Both the position numbers and the translations under genes were made by a program. The notes beneath the pieces are model-generated. The model was given only the letters and a program-made list of their open reading frames with translations. It searched no databases and was not told where the DNA came from. Shown in pieces: positions 1 through 12,791 of a stretch of 64,000 nt of DNA. The stretch spans positions 92,752,001 through 92,816,000 of the forward strand of contig OX597824.1 in assembly GCA_951406725.2 (NCBI GenBank). Reading direction: 5' to 3'. Positions within the stretch are counted from its first letter, which is position 1. Every line of letters starts with the position of its first letter. This DNA is from Octopus vulgaris. Lineage: Eukaryota.

Positions 1-530
1 CCTGCTCTACCTTTCAAATATATCAATGTGGTATAACTTTACTTTGCAAAAGCCTTTGACAAAATGTATCCTGATATATGTTACAGACTGTGAGACCTTG
101 GTATAGCTGGTAAACTGGGAGGGTGCGTACAAAACGTCTAACTAAAAATCAGAACTCAGTTTTAGCTGATCTTGTCCTCACTAGGGAAACATAAAATTTG
201 TGTCCTTCAGGGGTCTCACCTGGGACCATTAACTTTTATTGTATTTCTCGTAAATAAGTAGACAAGTACATGGTCACTCAGACATTTGCCATCTCTATAG
301 TTGATAAGGTGTTGTTGTAAACCTGCTGCCGGAACAAAAATGCAATATGCAACTACGATGAACAAATCACCATGCAGTTTAATGCAGGAGAATTTCAAGC
401 ACCACGCAAACATCTTATAAATGCATTTATAGGACGTGAAGGAGCTGTATTTCTAGAGTCAGGTGAGTGACCTGTTTGAGCATTAGTGTTTGCAATGATG
501 CATAATTTCATGTGCATATTACCAAGATGG
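1..530 (+). mobile_element. Decayed CR1/L2-type LINE reverse transcriptase fragment
   Basis: Frame 1 reads NVV*LYFAKAFDKMYPD..L*DLGIAGKLG..VLQGSHLGPLTFIV, matching the RT motifs DFAKAFDKV and GVPQGSVLGP. MQFNAGEFQA follows later. Multiple stops. Confidence 0.8.
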
Positions 531-584
531 TATATGTTATAATTAAGCATGGGTCATAATTTAAATACGGAAAATTCAAGACGA

Positions 585-734
585 TCTAGACAGACGGACA
601 GACAGATAGATAGATAGGTAGACGAACAGACAAATGATAAATAGATACATAGATAAAGAGAGAGAGGGAGAGAGAGACAGAGAGAGAAAGAGTGAGGGAG
701 ACAGAAAGAGACAGAGACAGACAGGCAGACAGTC

Positions 735-789
<55 letters not shown>

Positions 790-893
790 CAGGCAGACAG
801 ACAGACAAAGAGACAGGCAGACAGATGGATAGATAGACAGAGAGACATGCTGGTAGACAGACAGAGAGACAGACAGATAGACAGACAGACAGG

Positions 894-925
<32 letters not shown>

Positions 926-1075
926 CGAACAGACATGACAAATAGATAGATAGATAAAGAGAGAGAGAGAGAGAGAGAGAGACGGACAGACAGACAGACA
1001 GACATGCATGTGTACATGTGTGTCTAGGTGTATATCAATATGGATTGGTTTACTCGTGTGCATGCGTATAATATA

Positions 1076-1120
<45 letters not shown>
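585..1120. repeat. Compound (GATA/GACA/GA/TA)n microsatellite
   Basis: Direct reading. Confidence 0.95.
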
Positions 1121-1550
1121 GTCTTTATATATCTATGTATCTTTGTAAGTATGCATTATTGCTTGGAGGCCTATATATATGTGTGCCTAAGCATGTAATA
1201 CTGTAAACCGTATCCTATGCCATAAAACCCTAAATCAGACACTTTAATGATCTCTTGTGATACGTTTAATCTTCTCATAATAGTGTTGCATACTTTTTTA
1301 TCTTCTTATACCTTGTCTCTGGTATATTACTCTTGTTGTTGTATGTTTTCTTGCTTATTTTGTTATTATTGATGTTGTAGACTATTTCTCTTTGAAATGT
1401 TCTTTTTTTTTTCAGGTTTTAAGAAATTTGTTATTTTTTTTATTTTGCTGCTATTTTTATCTGGACTTAAACAACACATTTGGGCAATTCATTTTTTTCT
1501 TTTTAATAATTTTTACTTATTTTATTTGTGTGGATCTTTAGTGTTTATTT

Positions 1551-1568
1551 TTATTATTATTATTATTA

Positions 1569-1642
<74 letters not shown>

Positions 1643-1662
1643 GTTACTATTATTATTATTAT

Positions 1663-1710
<48 letters not shown>

Positions 1711-1733
1711 CATCATTATTATTATTAGTATTA

Positions 1734-1771
<38 letters not shown>

Positions 1772-1800
1772 ATTATTATCATTATTATTATTATTATTAT
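1551..1800. repeat. (TTA)n/(TAG)n microsatellite
   Basis: Direct reading. Confidence 0.95.
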
Positions 1801-1802
1801 CA

Positions 1803-1892
1803 AGGCGGCGTGCTGGCAGAATCCTTAACGAAGCCAGGCGCGATGCTTAGCCGTATTTCGCCAGTCGGTACTTTCAAATTCTGTCGGAGTGA
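1803..1892 (+). mobile_element. SINE family C, 5' fragment
   Basis: GGCGGCGTGCTGGCAGAATC..AGCCGTATTTCG matches the head of the copy at 20531-20948. Confidence 0.7.
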
Positions 1893-1898
1893 AAAATT

Positions 1899-2040
1899 CT
1901 TTAGCGTTTCGAGCCTACGCTCTTCCACAGAAAGGAACACAGAAAGAAACAAGGAGAGAAAATAAAGAATGCGTAGTGGCTAACGATCTATCATGGCGAA
2001 TGCCGGACAGAAGGGTTACACAAGAGAGCTAGGGTGAAGG
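1899..2040 (-). mobile_element. PLE pLTR-like fragment with decayed minimal hammerhead (1899-1934)
   Basis: Minus strand CTTT CTGTGGA A GAGC-GTAG-GCTC GAAAC GCT AAAG; closely similar to 38730-38930. Confidence 0.65.
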
Positions 2041-2075
2041 GGATATATATATATATACATATGTATATATATATA

Positions 2076-2229
2076 GTTAATCCAAACAAGAAAACACAGA
2101 AAAAAAGGGGAAAAAAAAACAAAAAAAACACAGCAACGCAGGACGTGGAACAATTAAAGTATTATTGACGCTCAGGAAAGAAGGGAAGGAGGGTTTAACG
2201 TTTCGAGCGGAGCTCTTCGTCGGAAACAA
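2076..2229 (-). mobile_element. PLE pLTR-like fragment with minimal hammerhead-like motif (2193-2227), TA-flanked
   Basis: Minus strand GTTT CCGACGA A GAGC-TCC-GCTC GAAAC GTT AAAC; second copy at 24324-24447. Confidence 0.65.
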
Positions 2230-2308
<79 letters not shown>

Positions 2309-2623
2309 TGGGACAAGAACGCAAACCATCCAGACAGATGATATAAAAAAAGGAGAATAAAACATTTACGAAAAAACCTGAGAATCGACAATTATCAGCA
2401 GAAATTTTAGGAGTAGACAAAAGAAGAATGGTGCGAGCATTTCTCTTCTTTATATCAATTTATGAGTCTCTCATTCAAAGTCTCTCTGATGGATATTGTA
2501 ATAACAAAAATATCAAATATATATGCAACAATACCTTGCCATGATGTCGTACTTATCGAATTATATACATAATTTACTTGCACTAGTTACATCAGTTATG
2601 AATACTTTATACCCATATTCGTG

Positions 2624-2787
2624 GTGGCGTGGCGGCGTGGTAAGAAGCTTCCTTCTCAACTGCATGGTTGCGGGTTCAGTCTCATTGTGTTGCACATTGG
2701 GCAAATGTATTTTACTATAGGCTCCTGCCGACCAAACCCTACAAGTGGAATTGGTAGACGGAAATTGGTAGACGTCGTATATAAATG

Positions 2788-2844
<57 letters not shown>

Positions 2845-3039
2845 CTTTGTGTGTGCGTGTGTGTGTGTGTAATATGTGCGTCTATGTTTGTCACCCGCAC
2901 CATCACTTGACAAGTAATTTTGGTGTGTTTATGTCTCCATAAGTTAGTGGTTCGGCAAAAGAGACCGATAGAACAAGTGATAGGCTTACAAAGAATAAGT
3001 CTTGGTCCAGCATTGTCGAACACAAATGACTGAAACAAG
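2624..3039 (+). mobile_element. SINE family A (tRNA-like head, internal TA/TG microsatellite), diverged full-length copy
   Basis: TGGTAAG..GGGTTCAGTC head (A/B-box-like), GGTAGACGGAAA, 3' part ending GACTGAAACAAG; homologous to 21881-22266. Confidence 0.85.
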
Positions 3040-3486
3040 CAAAATAATACCAGAATATAGCATTGTTACGAACAGTGCCATCCAGATTCTATCCGGCATT
3101 TAAAAAAATTATAAATTTTATACACAACCAATCATTTCTGAAGTTTTAAAAAGCGTTTAAATATTCAACATCAAACATTAGTCAACAAATACAGAATTCT
3201 AAAAAACTCACCAGAAGTCAACAAATGCAAGACACTAATTTGTATTGTCAGAACAATGCAAATAATTGAGTGAGTTCGAAAATGGCGACTTGAAAATTAT
3301 ATAGCACAGCATTATTAATTACTTTGCAACACTCATTTTTAGGAAGCCTAGTTAAAGTTTGTGTAGTCATATTTAACGCAGAAAGCATTAATTAACTATC
3401 TGGAAATAATTATGTAGTACAAAAAAATCGATAATAGTGAATGATTAACATTCTTTTAGTATTTTACAATGTGAGGCGAGAAAGTA

Positions 3487-3524
3487 TCGAGCATGTTTCA
3501 GCCTTGTTTTGATTTCATCAGCGA
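3487..3524 (-). ncRNA. Degenerate type I hammerhead
   Basis: TCG CTGATGA AATC..GGCT GAAAC AT GCT CGA; stem II mismatch and U16.1 mutated. Confidence 0.5.
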
Positions 3525-3635
3525 AATAACGGTTTTGAGATTCATGACAATGTATGAATTGAATTAACAATCCAAAAACTTAAAAGATTATATAGTCTTT
3601 AATACAGAAAAGAGTAACTTTTGTTTTTTATAATT

Positions 3636-3914
3636 TACTTGTTTCAATAATTGGACGAGAAAACGCTGCGGCAGCACATTGGAGGATTTAGTCGAAAACA
3701 TTGTCTCCAATAAATACGCTCCTTATTTCAAACATCATATTTATTTTCTCTTACCTTTTACCGATATTCTACGTTATGGGATCGCAAACACAATTGTGAA
3801 GCGGTAGTGGCTGACATCCACTGACACGAATACAGACACCCTCATGCATTATAAATATATGTATTTATAATAGGTTTCCACGCAGTTTCCCTCTGTCAAA
3901 TTTGCTCACAAAGG
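3636..3914 (-). mobile_element. SINE family A, old 3' part
   Basis: TTACTTGTTTCA..TTTAGTCGA..CAGTTTCC.TCTGTCAAATTTGCTCACAAAGG. Confidence 0.65.
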
Positions 3915-4497
3915 ACCGAATATAAAACCGCATATTTACAAAACAAAATTCTCCAGATTCTTCAGAAAACCATCTACGCGTAATGATGCATTGTTGCAAG
4001 TTAGCGTCCTTTATTTTGAATGAGAAACGTCACTTAATTTAGAGTAAAGATCTACTTATTTTGAGTGAATAGGTTTTCTTTGGAAGGAGACTATAAGCGA
4101 AATTTTGTCCATATGGGGTACCACACATCAGTGAACTTTTTCTTTGGGTATGAAGTGATTAGTGAAAGAATAAAATGTGGCAGTGTTGTGTGGAGTGTCA
4201 CTGAAAGTGGGGTAGGTTTTACCTTGTTAAATTTCCGAGTCTTGCAGTTGTTTTGATATCTCTCAGAAAAATTTAAAAAAAAGGAAATCACATAGCGTGA
4301 GGATGTGATAGAAAAATAATTAAATACAATTATAGATATGTAATTATCATAAACATAGTTGTTTAAAAAAGTGCGTCTAGTATGTATGTACACTTGTGTC
4401 TATTAAAACATTGGTGTATGTAGATAGACAAATACACATTAACTCCGAATACGCACCAATGCCAAGACATACATACATCCACACATATACACATGGA

Positions 4498-4543
<46 letters not shown>

Positions 4544-5008
4544 GTGTGTATGTGTGTATAAATATGTATGCAGGTGTGCTTGAGTGAATATATGTGTATG
4601 TGTATGTGAGAGTATTTGTGCCTGCGTATATATATAGTGAACAAATTATTCAATAGTGTATTGACTTATATAATCAATGTTGTCTTTAAGAGTCTGAGAA
4701 TTAAATACAAAATCAATAACAACCATATACAATGAAGCAGAAAAGAATATGAACAACATCAGAAAGTTAATAATGTCAACAACGGAAACAACATCAAGAA
4801 CAAGAGGTAAAACGCAGACAAAAAACAACATCAACCACAAAAATAAAATAGAGACGAGAGAGAGCAAAGAAAATGGAAACTAGTAAATAAGTAGATAGGC
4901 GAAATAACTACATAAATACCAAAGTAAGATAAATTTTAAATTCTTACATACGTATGTATACCTGAATTTTAAAGTGTATATACATATGTGTGCGCATCTG
5001 TGTGTATA

Positions 5009-5066
<58 letters not shown>

Positions 5067-5195
5067 TCTATATACATTCATCTATAGATATATATAAATA
5101 TATATATATATATATGTATGTATATACATGGACATAAATGTGAATACGTATATAATATATGTGCATATCAAAAGTATATGCATGTGGGTAGTGGG

Positions 5196-5249
<54 letters not shown>

Positions 5250-5250
5250 C

Positions 5251-5305
<55 letters not shown>

Positions 5306-5312
5306 AATTCTA

Positions 5313-5696
5313 TTTCTTACAGTCATTTGACTGCAGCCATACTGCATCACGGCCTTTAGTCGAGCAAATCTACCCACGAGGGATTTACTAAGACTAATAC
5401 ATATTCCATCGGTATCTTTTATCGAACCGCTGACATAGGGAGACGTAAACACACCAGCATCGGTTGTCATGCGATGTTGGGGAGAAACAGATAGACAAAC
5501 ATTTATACACCACACACACACATACAGACATATCTATAGATATTTATATATATATATATATATATACATATACGACACGTTTTTTCAGTCGACACGAGCC
5601 TATAAGTAGAAGACACATGACCAGGGTGCCACGCAGTGGGACTAAACCCGGGTACATGTGATTGGTAATGAAGCTACTTACCACAGAACCACTTCT
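5313..5696 (-). mobile_element. SINE family A
   Basis: CAGTCATTTGACTGC..GACGTAAACACACCAGCATCGGTTGTC..GTGCCACGCAGTGGGACT..AGCTACTTACCACA. Confidence 0.85.
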
Positions 5697-5699
5697 CTA

Positions 5700-5739
<40 letters not shown>

Positions 5740-5809
5740 AATATTGAATGGCGGTGCCCCAGAATTGCCAGAGCTCGTGAGCTGAAACTAGATAAAATGA
5801 AAAATAAAA

Positions 5810-5874
<65 letters not shown>

Positions 5875-5878
5875 TATA

Positions 5879-5916
<38 letters not shown>

Positions 5917-5983
5917 TATCATATATAAATGTATGTATATATTTATTTATTTATATAAATAAATGAATAAAGAAATAAATATA

Positions 5984-6037
<54 letters not shown>

Positions 6038-6513
6038 GCTATGTGTGTGGGGAAACACACAGATGATTTTTATAAAGTTTTATCTATACACGAAGACAAT
6101 GAAGGCGTATAGAAAAAAAAATCTATAGCTATTTGTCTGCAAGTTGTGAAACTTCCATGTGCTAATATTTGCAGACTAAACAAGATATAAAATTTTGGCA
6201 CAGAATTTGATGGAATGGTGATAATGGAATTGTGTGTTATTTAGTGGGATAAAAAGATACGCCATACATGAAATGTATGCGTAAACATACAGCGTTGTAT
6301 ATTGAATGTATTTATATTTACACGACACTTTAAGATGTGCGAGAATATATCCGCTCGTGTTTATGTATGGATATATATACAACGATGAATTCATTGACAT
6401 ATGCATGCATATAAGTATATTCGAGTATTTATCAGTGATTGTGTGTATAAGTATATATATATATATATATATGTATAAATATACATCCATGCAGATATCT
6501 AAATATACGTGAT

Positions 6514-6544
<31 letters not shown>

Positions 6545-7080
6545 GTGTGTATGTGTGTGTGTGTGTGTGTAAGCGTAATTGTTTGGATGTATATAAAATA
6601 TAAAATAAAAGATGCATAGGCGATTCAAAGGGAACTTTTAAACAAAGAAAATGACGAACGGAAAAATGTAAACAAATATCGCTGATGCTAATGGCTGCAA
6701 TTTTATGCTTTCTTGATACATCTTTAGAAAGAAAATTAAAAATTATCTTTCGAAGCGCTAAGCAAAGTAAGTTAAACGGTTAACCACAAATTGAGAGGTA
6801 CAAATATACACACACACTCAAGCACGCACGTATACACACACGCGCGCACACAAACAGGCGCGCATGAACACAAATACTGACACACAAACAGATACATGTA
6901 CACACACACAAACACACCCACATAAACACAAACACACGCACCCACACACAAACACATATACTGACACATATACACGCACTCACAAATACACACACAAACA
7001 CGCACGTATACACTATATGTACGTATCTATATGTATATGAACGCGTGTCTCTATGTGCATATATATATATATATATGTAT

Positions 7081-7287
7081 ACTCTTGTGTCTGGGGAGAA
7101 TCATTCTCTTTTAGGGCCTTATACCTTAACATACTGGCCGGTAATATGCTTCAACACACAGGAAATGAACAACGAAAACCAAGGCAGGACAAGTAGGTCA
7201 AGTTATTTATTATAGTACATTAAAGGTAAGGTGAATTTCAAGTCTTACAGCTCTTTCTTCCGTGGAACCAGTATTTTCCACAATATA
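7081..7287 (-). mobile_element. PLE pLTR-like fragment with the 3' half of a hammerhead
   Basis: Minus strand GAAA GAGCT GTA AGA (near-palindromic stem III), truncated at a TA tract. Its start resembles 7965-7990 in inverted orientation. Confidence 0.45.
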
Positions 7288-7288
7288 A

Positions 7289-7367
<79 letters not shown>

Positions 7368-7374
<7 letters not shown>

Positions 7375-7928
7375 TGAGGGAGATAAATTAATATTAATTT
7401 TAATATCAATTTAAAAACCAGTAGTCTAGCATACAAAAAATCTGTGAAGTCAGAGAAAATTCTAATATATGTGTATATTGGCAGGGCCAGACTGCTAGGT
7501 AGTCGGCCGTATGCTAGAAATAGATCATCAACGATCAAACTACAAAGAAAGTTCTCTAGGGGAAAAATTCAGCGAACACCAGAACCAAATTTGGCGGGCA
7601 GGACAGATGAAAATTTATATAAAAAACAGAATTAATTGCATACCTCGGTTTCAGCCTTTAACAAAAGAATTACTTACATAATTCAAATGTCCGTGGCTTC
7701 ATCAGTGCGATCGTTCAGTGTAAATGCAATTTGAAAAAAACTAACCCCAGCTTTCTGTGCCAAAACAGACACGTGTTTAGTTTTACCGATTACATTAGGG
7801 ATAACATTTCAAACGTCTTAGTTCCGGTTCTGGTGTTCGCTGAATTTCCTCTAGAGAACTTTCTTTGTAGTTTGATCGTTGATGATCTATTTCTAGCATA
7901 CGGCCGACTACCTAGCAGTCTTGCCCTG

Positions 7929-7936
<8 letters not shown>
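7368..7936 (-). mobile_element. TA-flanked PLE-derived module with ~112-bp inverted repeats (7474-7586 / 7826-7936) and an internal hammerhead
   Basis: Arms are near-perfect reverse complements; the hammerhead lies between them. Confidence 0.8.
7634..7712 (-). ncRNA. Type I hammerhead ribozyme with intact core
   Basis: GATCGCA CTGATGA AGCC-long loop-GGCT GAAAC CGAG GTA TGCAATT. Confidence 0.8.
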
Positions 7937-7964
<28 letters not shown>

Positions 7965-7970
<6 letters not shown>

Positions 7971-8310
7971 AGAAAATCCTGGTTCCACGACAGTAAACTC
8001 TTATATGGATGTGACGCAGACTAAATTATGATCGAAATAATAAGAAAACAAAGAAATCCTTCAGCATACCTTTAATTATTCGTTACAATTGTTTCTGCAC
8101 CAACGACGACAGATTACGTAACGACTGTTTACGCAAGAATCTGAAGCTAAAATATAGGTAATATTTGCATTTTCAGACATCAAGGTTACCTTCCACTCAA
8201 ATGTCTAAAACTATAAGTAGGATTGGTGCCGAAATAATTGCAACGAATCATTAAGGACGTTTTAAAGGATTTCTTTGTCTCCTTATTATTTGGATTACAT
8301 ACTTAAATAT
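7965..8310. mobile_element. Older PLE-like module with diverged ~73-bp inverted repeats (8031-8103 / 8223-8295)
   Basis: Arms align as reverse complements with many mismatches. Minus-strand hammerhead remnant at 8081-8179. Confidence 0.65.
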
Positions 8311-9289
8311 GTGTGTGTGTGTTTGTATACTAGTAAAGACAGGGTATATCTGTGTGCGTAGGTATGTGTATTTGTAGGCGACTATGTGTGTCTGTGCGTG
8401 TGAGTGCGTATACATGTGTGTGTCTCTGTCTATATGTACACTAGCTTTACGGAATTTTCAGTATTTTATTCATTTGTCAAAGTTATACGAAGAAAAAGTG
8501 AAAAAAAATAAACAGAAGTACATTTCCATTTTCCCTGCTAAATATATTGGAAAATAAAATTAACGAAGCATGGTGCCATATATTATTGTTTCAATGGTTA
8601 TACGACATATGATTTGCTAACATAATGACTTCAACTAACTAGAGAGCTAAAGAGAAAGTGTCATATGTATCCGTGATTATCGTAATGTATGTATGTTTTG
8701 ATTTCTCTGAGGAGATAGATGTGCAGTGCGTATATAATGCGGAGTATATCTAAGATCCAGACAAACAGCACGCTCTTTTATGCAATATATTTAGGCAAAA
8801 ATGGAAAAGCGTTCATAGGTTTTTGCTCAAACATTTAATGTTCCTTTTCTCCTAATATTTATTATCGACATATATTAAGTAGTAACGTTTTAAAGGGATT
8901 TGTCAATTCTAAAATATATTTTGAATAGTTTAAGTGTTTGCGCTATTTCGTTATGGATATATATTTGAACTTAGGCTCAGAATGTTTTAGAATCCATTAA
9001 CATAAAAGCTCAGATGTAACTTGTTTAAAATTCAGATGCGACGTATTTGGCGAGGCACAACACTAGCATGTCCAGCCCACTGCTTTCAGTGTTTCAAACT
9101 CTGTGTCTAAATGTCAAACATAGTTTGTGCCAACAGCAACGAAACAAAAAAAAAAGAAAGATATATAACGATACACAGAGTTCGATATACTAATAAATAA
9201 ATTAGGTTCGATCTATTAATAATAAATAGATATATAAATTCCCTCTGTGAAAAATAGGTGAGACTCAATTAGTATAAATAAGAAAGATT

Positions 9290-9700
9290 TATGGAGCAAG
9301 CAGAATCGTTTTGCACGCCTGGGTAATTACTTAGCGGCATTTCGTACGTTTTTACATACTGAGTTGAAACTCAAACGATGAAAGGCAAAATAGGTTTTTC
9401 CTCCTTTCAGGGGTCGATATAATAAATACGAGCAGAGCGCTTGGGTTGATGTAATCAACTTACTCCTCCAGGAAATTGATGACTTTGTGCCAAAACTCGA
9501 AACCATTTTTATCAGAATGACGGAAGACCGCGAAACAGTAGAACATTTGGCACGCCGGCAAAATTCTTAGCGGCACTGCATCCGCTTTTATTCTTAGAGA
9601 ACATTCCGCCTATGTCAATTTTGCATTTTATCAGTTCGGAGTCGATTTAAAAAATGTACCATTTTACTCCTTAAAATTGCTGGTCATGCGCTACGAAAAG
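9290..9700 (+). mobile_element. Two degenerate SINE family C copies in tandem
   Basis: CTTAGCGGCATTTCG..CCTTTCAGGGGTCGATA; second copy CATTTTATCAGTTCGGAGTCGAT. Confidence 0.6.
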
Positions 9701-9987
9701 CAAAACTTGTTTTACCATGTGGAATCTGGATTGAATCCCAAAATAATACATACGATACGATAACACTTGTACACAATTCAAACATGCATTAACAAATATT
9801 ACAAATATTTGTAAATCAAAATTTGCATTTTTGCTTTATATCAGTGACGGATATGATTTAGAAAGATTCTTGTTATTTTGTTGAATAAAAATCCAACAAA
9901 AAAATGAAACATGTCTAATGCTATATTGTGTAAGTAATAATGCTTATTTAGTCTAAAACACAAAATACGAAATCACAGTTTGTAGTA

Positions 9988-10110
9988 ATTAGCTGATGAG
10001 TAGCTTTAAATGATACGAAATAATTTACGTTTTATTTTTCTTTCTCTTAGACTCTATACCATTAGAAGAACAATATCTTGACATTTCGGATAAAGCTATT
10101 TCTCAGAGGG
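9988..10110 (+). mobile_element. Decayed PLE pLTR with hammerhead core
   Basis: CTGATGA GTA..TAC GAAA at 9993-10020; GCTATTTCT motif at 10095; stems I and III poor. Confidence 0.45.
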
Positions 10111-10348
10111 GGTGACAGATTTATTGTCTTCTTCATGATGAAATGCTTCCCCCTTCGGCGTATGAACTTTTAAAAAGACTATACTTTAGCTATTAAAAAA
10201 ATATTTACCAACGCAGACAGCTACGAGGTGTTTCCGTTTTACTTTTTTTTTTAAACTTTTATTTAACAAAAATTACGAAAATATGATCACGTCACGAAGA
10301 ATATATCAGAGTTCGTATATTCAGAAACGCAAAAATGATATATAAAGA

Positions 10349-10720
10349 TCTTCTTCTTCTTCTTCTTCTTCTTCTTCTTCTTCTTCTTCTTCTTCTTCTT
10401 CTTCTTCTTCTTCTTCTTCTTCTTCTTCTTCTTCTTCTTCTTCTTCTTCTTCTTCTTCTTCTTCTTCTTCTTCTTCTTCTTCTTCTTCTTCTTCTTCTTC
10501 TCCTTCTTCTTCTTCTTCTTCTACCTCTTCTTCTTCTTCTTCTTCTTCTTCTACCTCTTCTTCTTCTTCTTCTTCTTCTACCTCTTCTTCTACCTCTTCT
10601 TCTCCACCACCTCCTCCTCCTCCTCCTCCCCCTCCTTCTTCTTCTTCTTCTTCTTCTTTCTTCTTCTTCTTCTTTTTCTTCTTCTTCTAATATTATCATT
10701 ATTATTATTATTATTATTAT
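10349..10720. repeat. (CTT)n then (ATT)n microsatellite
   Basis: Direct reading. Confidence 0.95.
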
Positions 10721-10985
10721 CTTTGCCTTCACACAGCTTCTAACGCTGGAGATGTACTACAGTGTCAGCTGTTCACTACCAGTGAACTAAGGTAACACCT
10801 CTTATTTTTCGAGCACCTTCCGGAGTATTCGGTCTATTCCAAGCAGTACTGTTTTCTGCAAGTGTTCCACCCTTATTGCAGCCCGTATTTGTTCCACGTA
10901 CCTCTCGAGAATTTTGCTCAAATTTTCCCAGGGCTCCGACAATTATTAGTACAACCGCTACCTTTTTCATCGACCACAACTGCAT
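10721..10985 (-). mobile_element. R4/Dong-type LINE 3' end (end of RLE domain plus 3' UTR), ending in (TAA)n
   Basis: WSMKKVAVVLIIVGALG (frameshift) YVEQIRAAIRVEHLQKTVLLGIDRILRKVLEK*; same family as 26871-27420. Confidence 0.8.
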
Positions 10986-11258
10986 AGCAGAGATAACGAT
11001 GAAAATACAGTTCTTACTAATAAAAGTAATCTCATAGCACAATAAAGGATGAGTTGTAGTTTACTTGATGAGAGACATATAGATGATCTAAAAGAAGGCG
11101 ATAAATCAAACGGAGACATGACAGATGAACAAAAGGCAATCTACGGCAGAATAAAGGCAAGACTACTGGAGAACGATAGCGACATTATTTGCAACCTTAA
11201 AAACGTTTATCGATGGAAATTTAACCAAATAACGGGAAAAGTATTATCATTATTACTA

Positions 11259-11352
<94 letters not shown>

Positions 11353-11394
11353 CATTATTACTATTATCATCATTATTATTATTATTATTATTTT

Positions 11395-11915
11395 TCTATG
11401 TTTGACTTTTGCTTTTCATTTTTACAAGTTGGCTCCAAGTCTCACCCAGACACCTCAAGAGACAACAAGTTGGAAGTTCATGTTGGTGTTATGCCTTGGG
11501 TGCCATATATTTGGCTTTGTTATAAGAAATCATAACAAAATTATGTTTGTTTTATAACTTGAGATTACATAGAAAGTATTTTGCGTAGGATATGGGCAGT
11601 TCCCATGAGCACTATCTTTTGAATTTCTGCCATATTGGGGTTTCTTGGTTTCTGGGCTAGGAAACAATCAGCCTCTTTTGCTTTCATTCCCAGGACACCT
11701 ATGACAACATGTATTATTTTAGTCTTCAGTTTCACATTATTTCAAGATATTTATACTTGCTCAGTTTTTGGTAGGTCTTGACAGATACCTTTATATCGAT
11801 TGGGACATTCATATTAATGAGAAGGCATGATTTTTGTCTGAAGTCTTTCAATATGGGGTCTGGCCTATTTGCATCTATCTTTCTGTCAGTTTGAATGGTG
11901 AAATTCCAGACAAGT
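11395..11915 (-). mobile_element. R4/Dong-type LINE 3' end (RLE endonuclease), second subfamily
   Basis: WNFTIQTDRKIDANRPD..KSCLLINMNVP..KLSKYKYLEI..IQKIVLMGTAHILRKILSM*; abuts (TAA)n. Confidence 0.85.
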
Positions 11916-12089
11916 TTTGAGACAAGTTTTAACATTCAGTCCTTAGAGTTTTCAGGTATAGGTGTCTGGGCCAATTGTGGCAACCTTCATTTTTAATGCC
12001 AGTTGTAAAAGTCCACGGCCTCACACATGTACATACATACATGCATGCATACATACATACATGTATACATATACATATATGATGAGCTT

Positions 12090-12225
12090 CTTTTATTTAC
12101 CCTTTACCATATCCACTCACATGTTTTTTGTGTGCCCAAGAATATAACAGAAGACACTTGCCCAAGATGCCACGGCAGGAGATTGAAACCGGAGACTTGT
12201 AGTTGGAAAGCAAGTTTGTTAACAC
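12090..12225 (-). mobile_element. SINE family A, 5' fragment
   Basis: ATCCACTCAC..AGAAGACACTTGCCCAAGATGCCACG. Confidence 0.7.
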
Positions 12226-12357
12226 GCGCACGCACACGCGTACGCACGCACACACACAGACACATACACACATAAACAAAAACACACAGATGCACAAACG
12301 TACAAAAACACAATCATGCACTCAGATATACAAACGTTTAAGATTATCCCCAATTAC

Positions 12358-12454
<97 letters not shown>

Positions 12455-12653
12455 CAGAAATACAGACAGACAGTTAGAAGTAAAGCAAAGAGCAACATAC
12501 TTAAATAGGCAAAACATTGTATAGGTAGATCTACTTGGAACATTAATGTAATGCTAGAGAGGAAATCTAGAGACATAGAAACATAATAGCAGTCCAAATG
12601 GTAATATATTAGAAACAGAGCTGAACATGTGTATATATATATATATACGTATA

Positions 12654-12728
<75 letters not shown>

Positions 12729-12758
12729 TGTATGTATGTATGTATGTATGTATGTATG

Positions 12759-12791
<33 letters not shown>

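Noticed and set aside
8704-8775. CTGAGGA followed by a good hairpin
   Set aside because: GAAA and the cleavage triplet are absent; at best a very decayed relic
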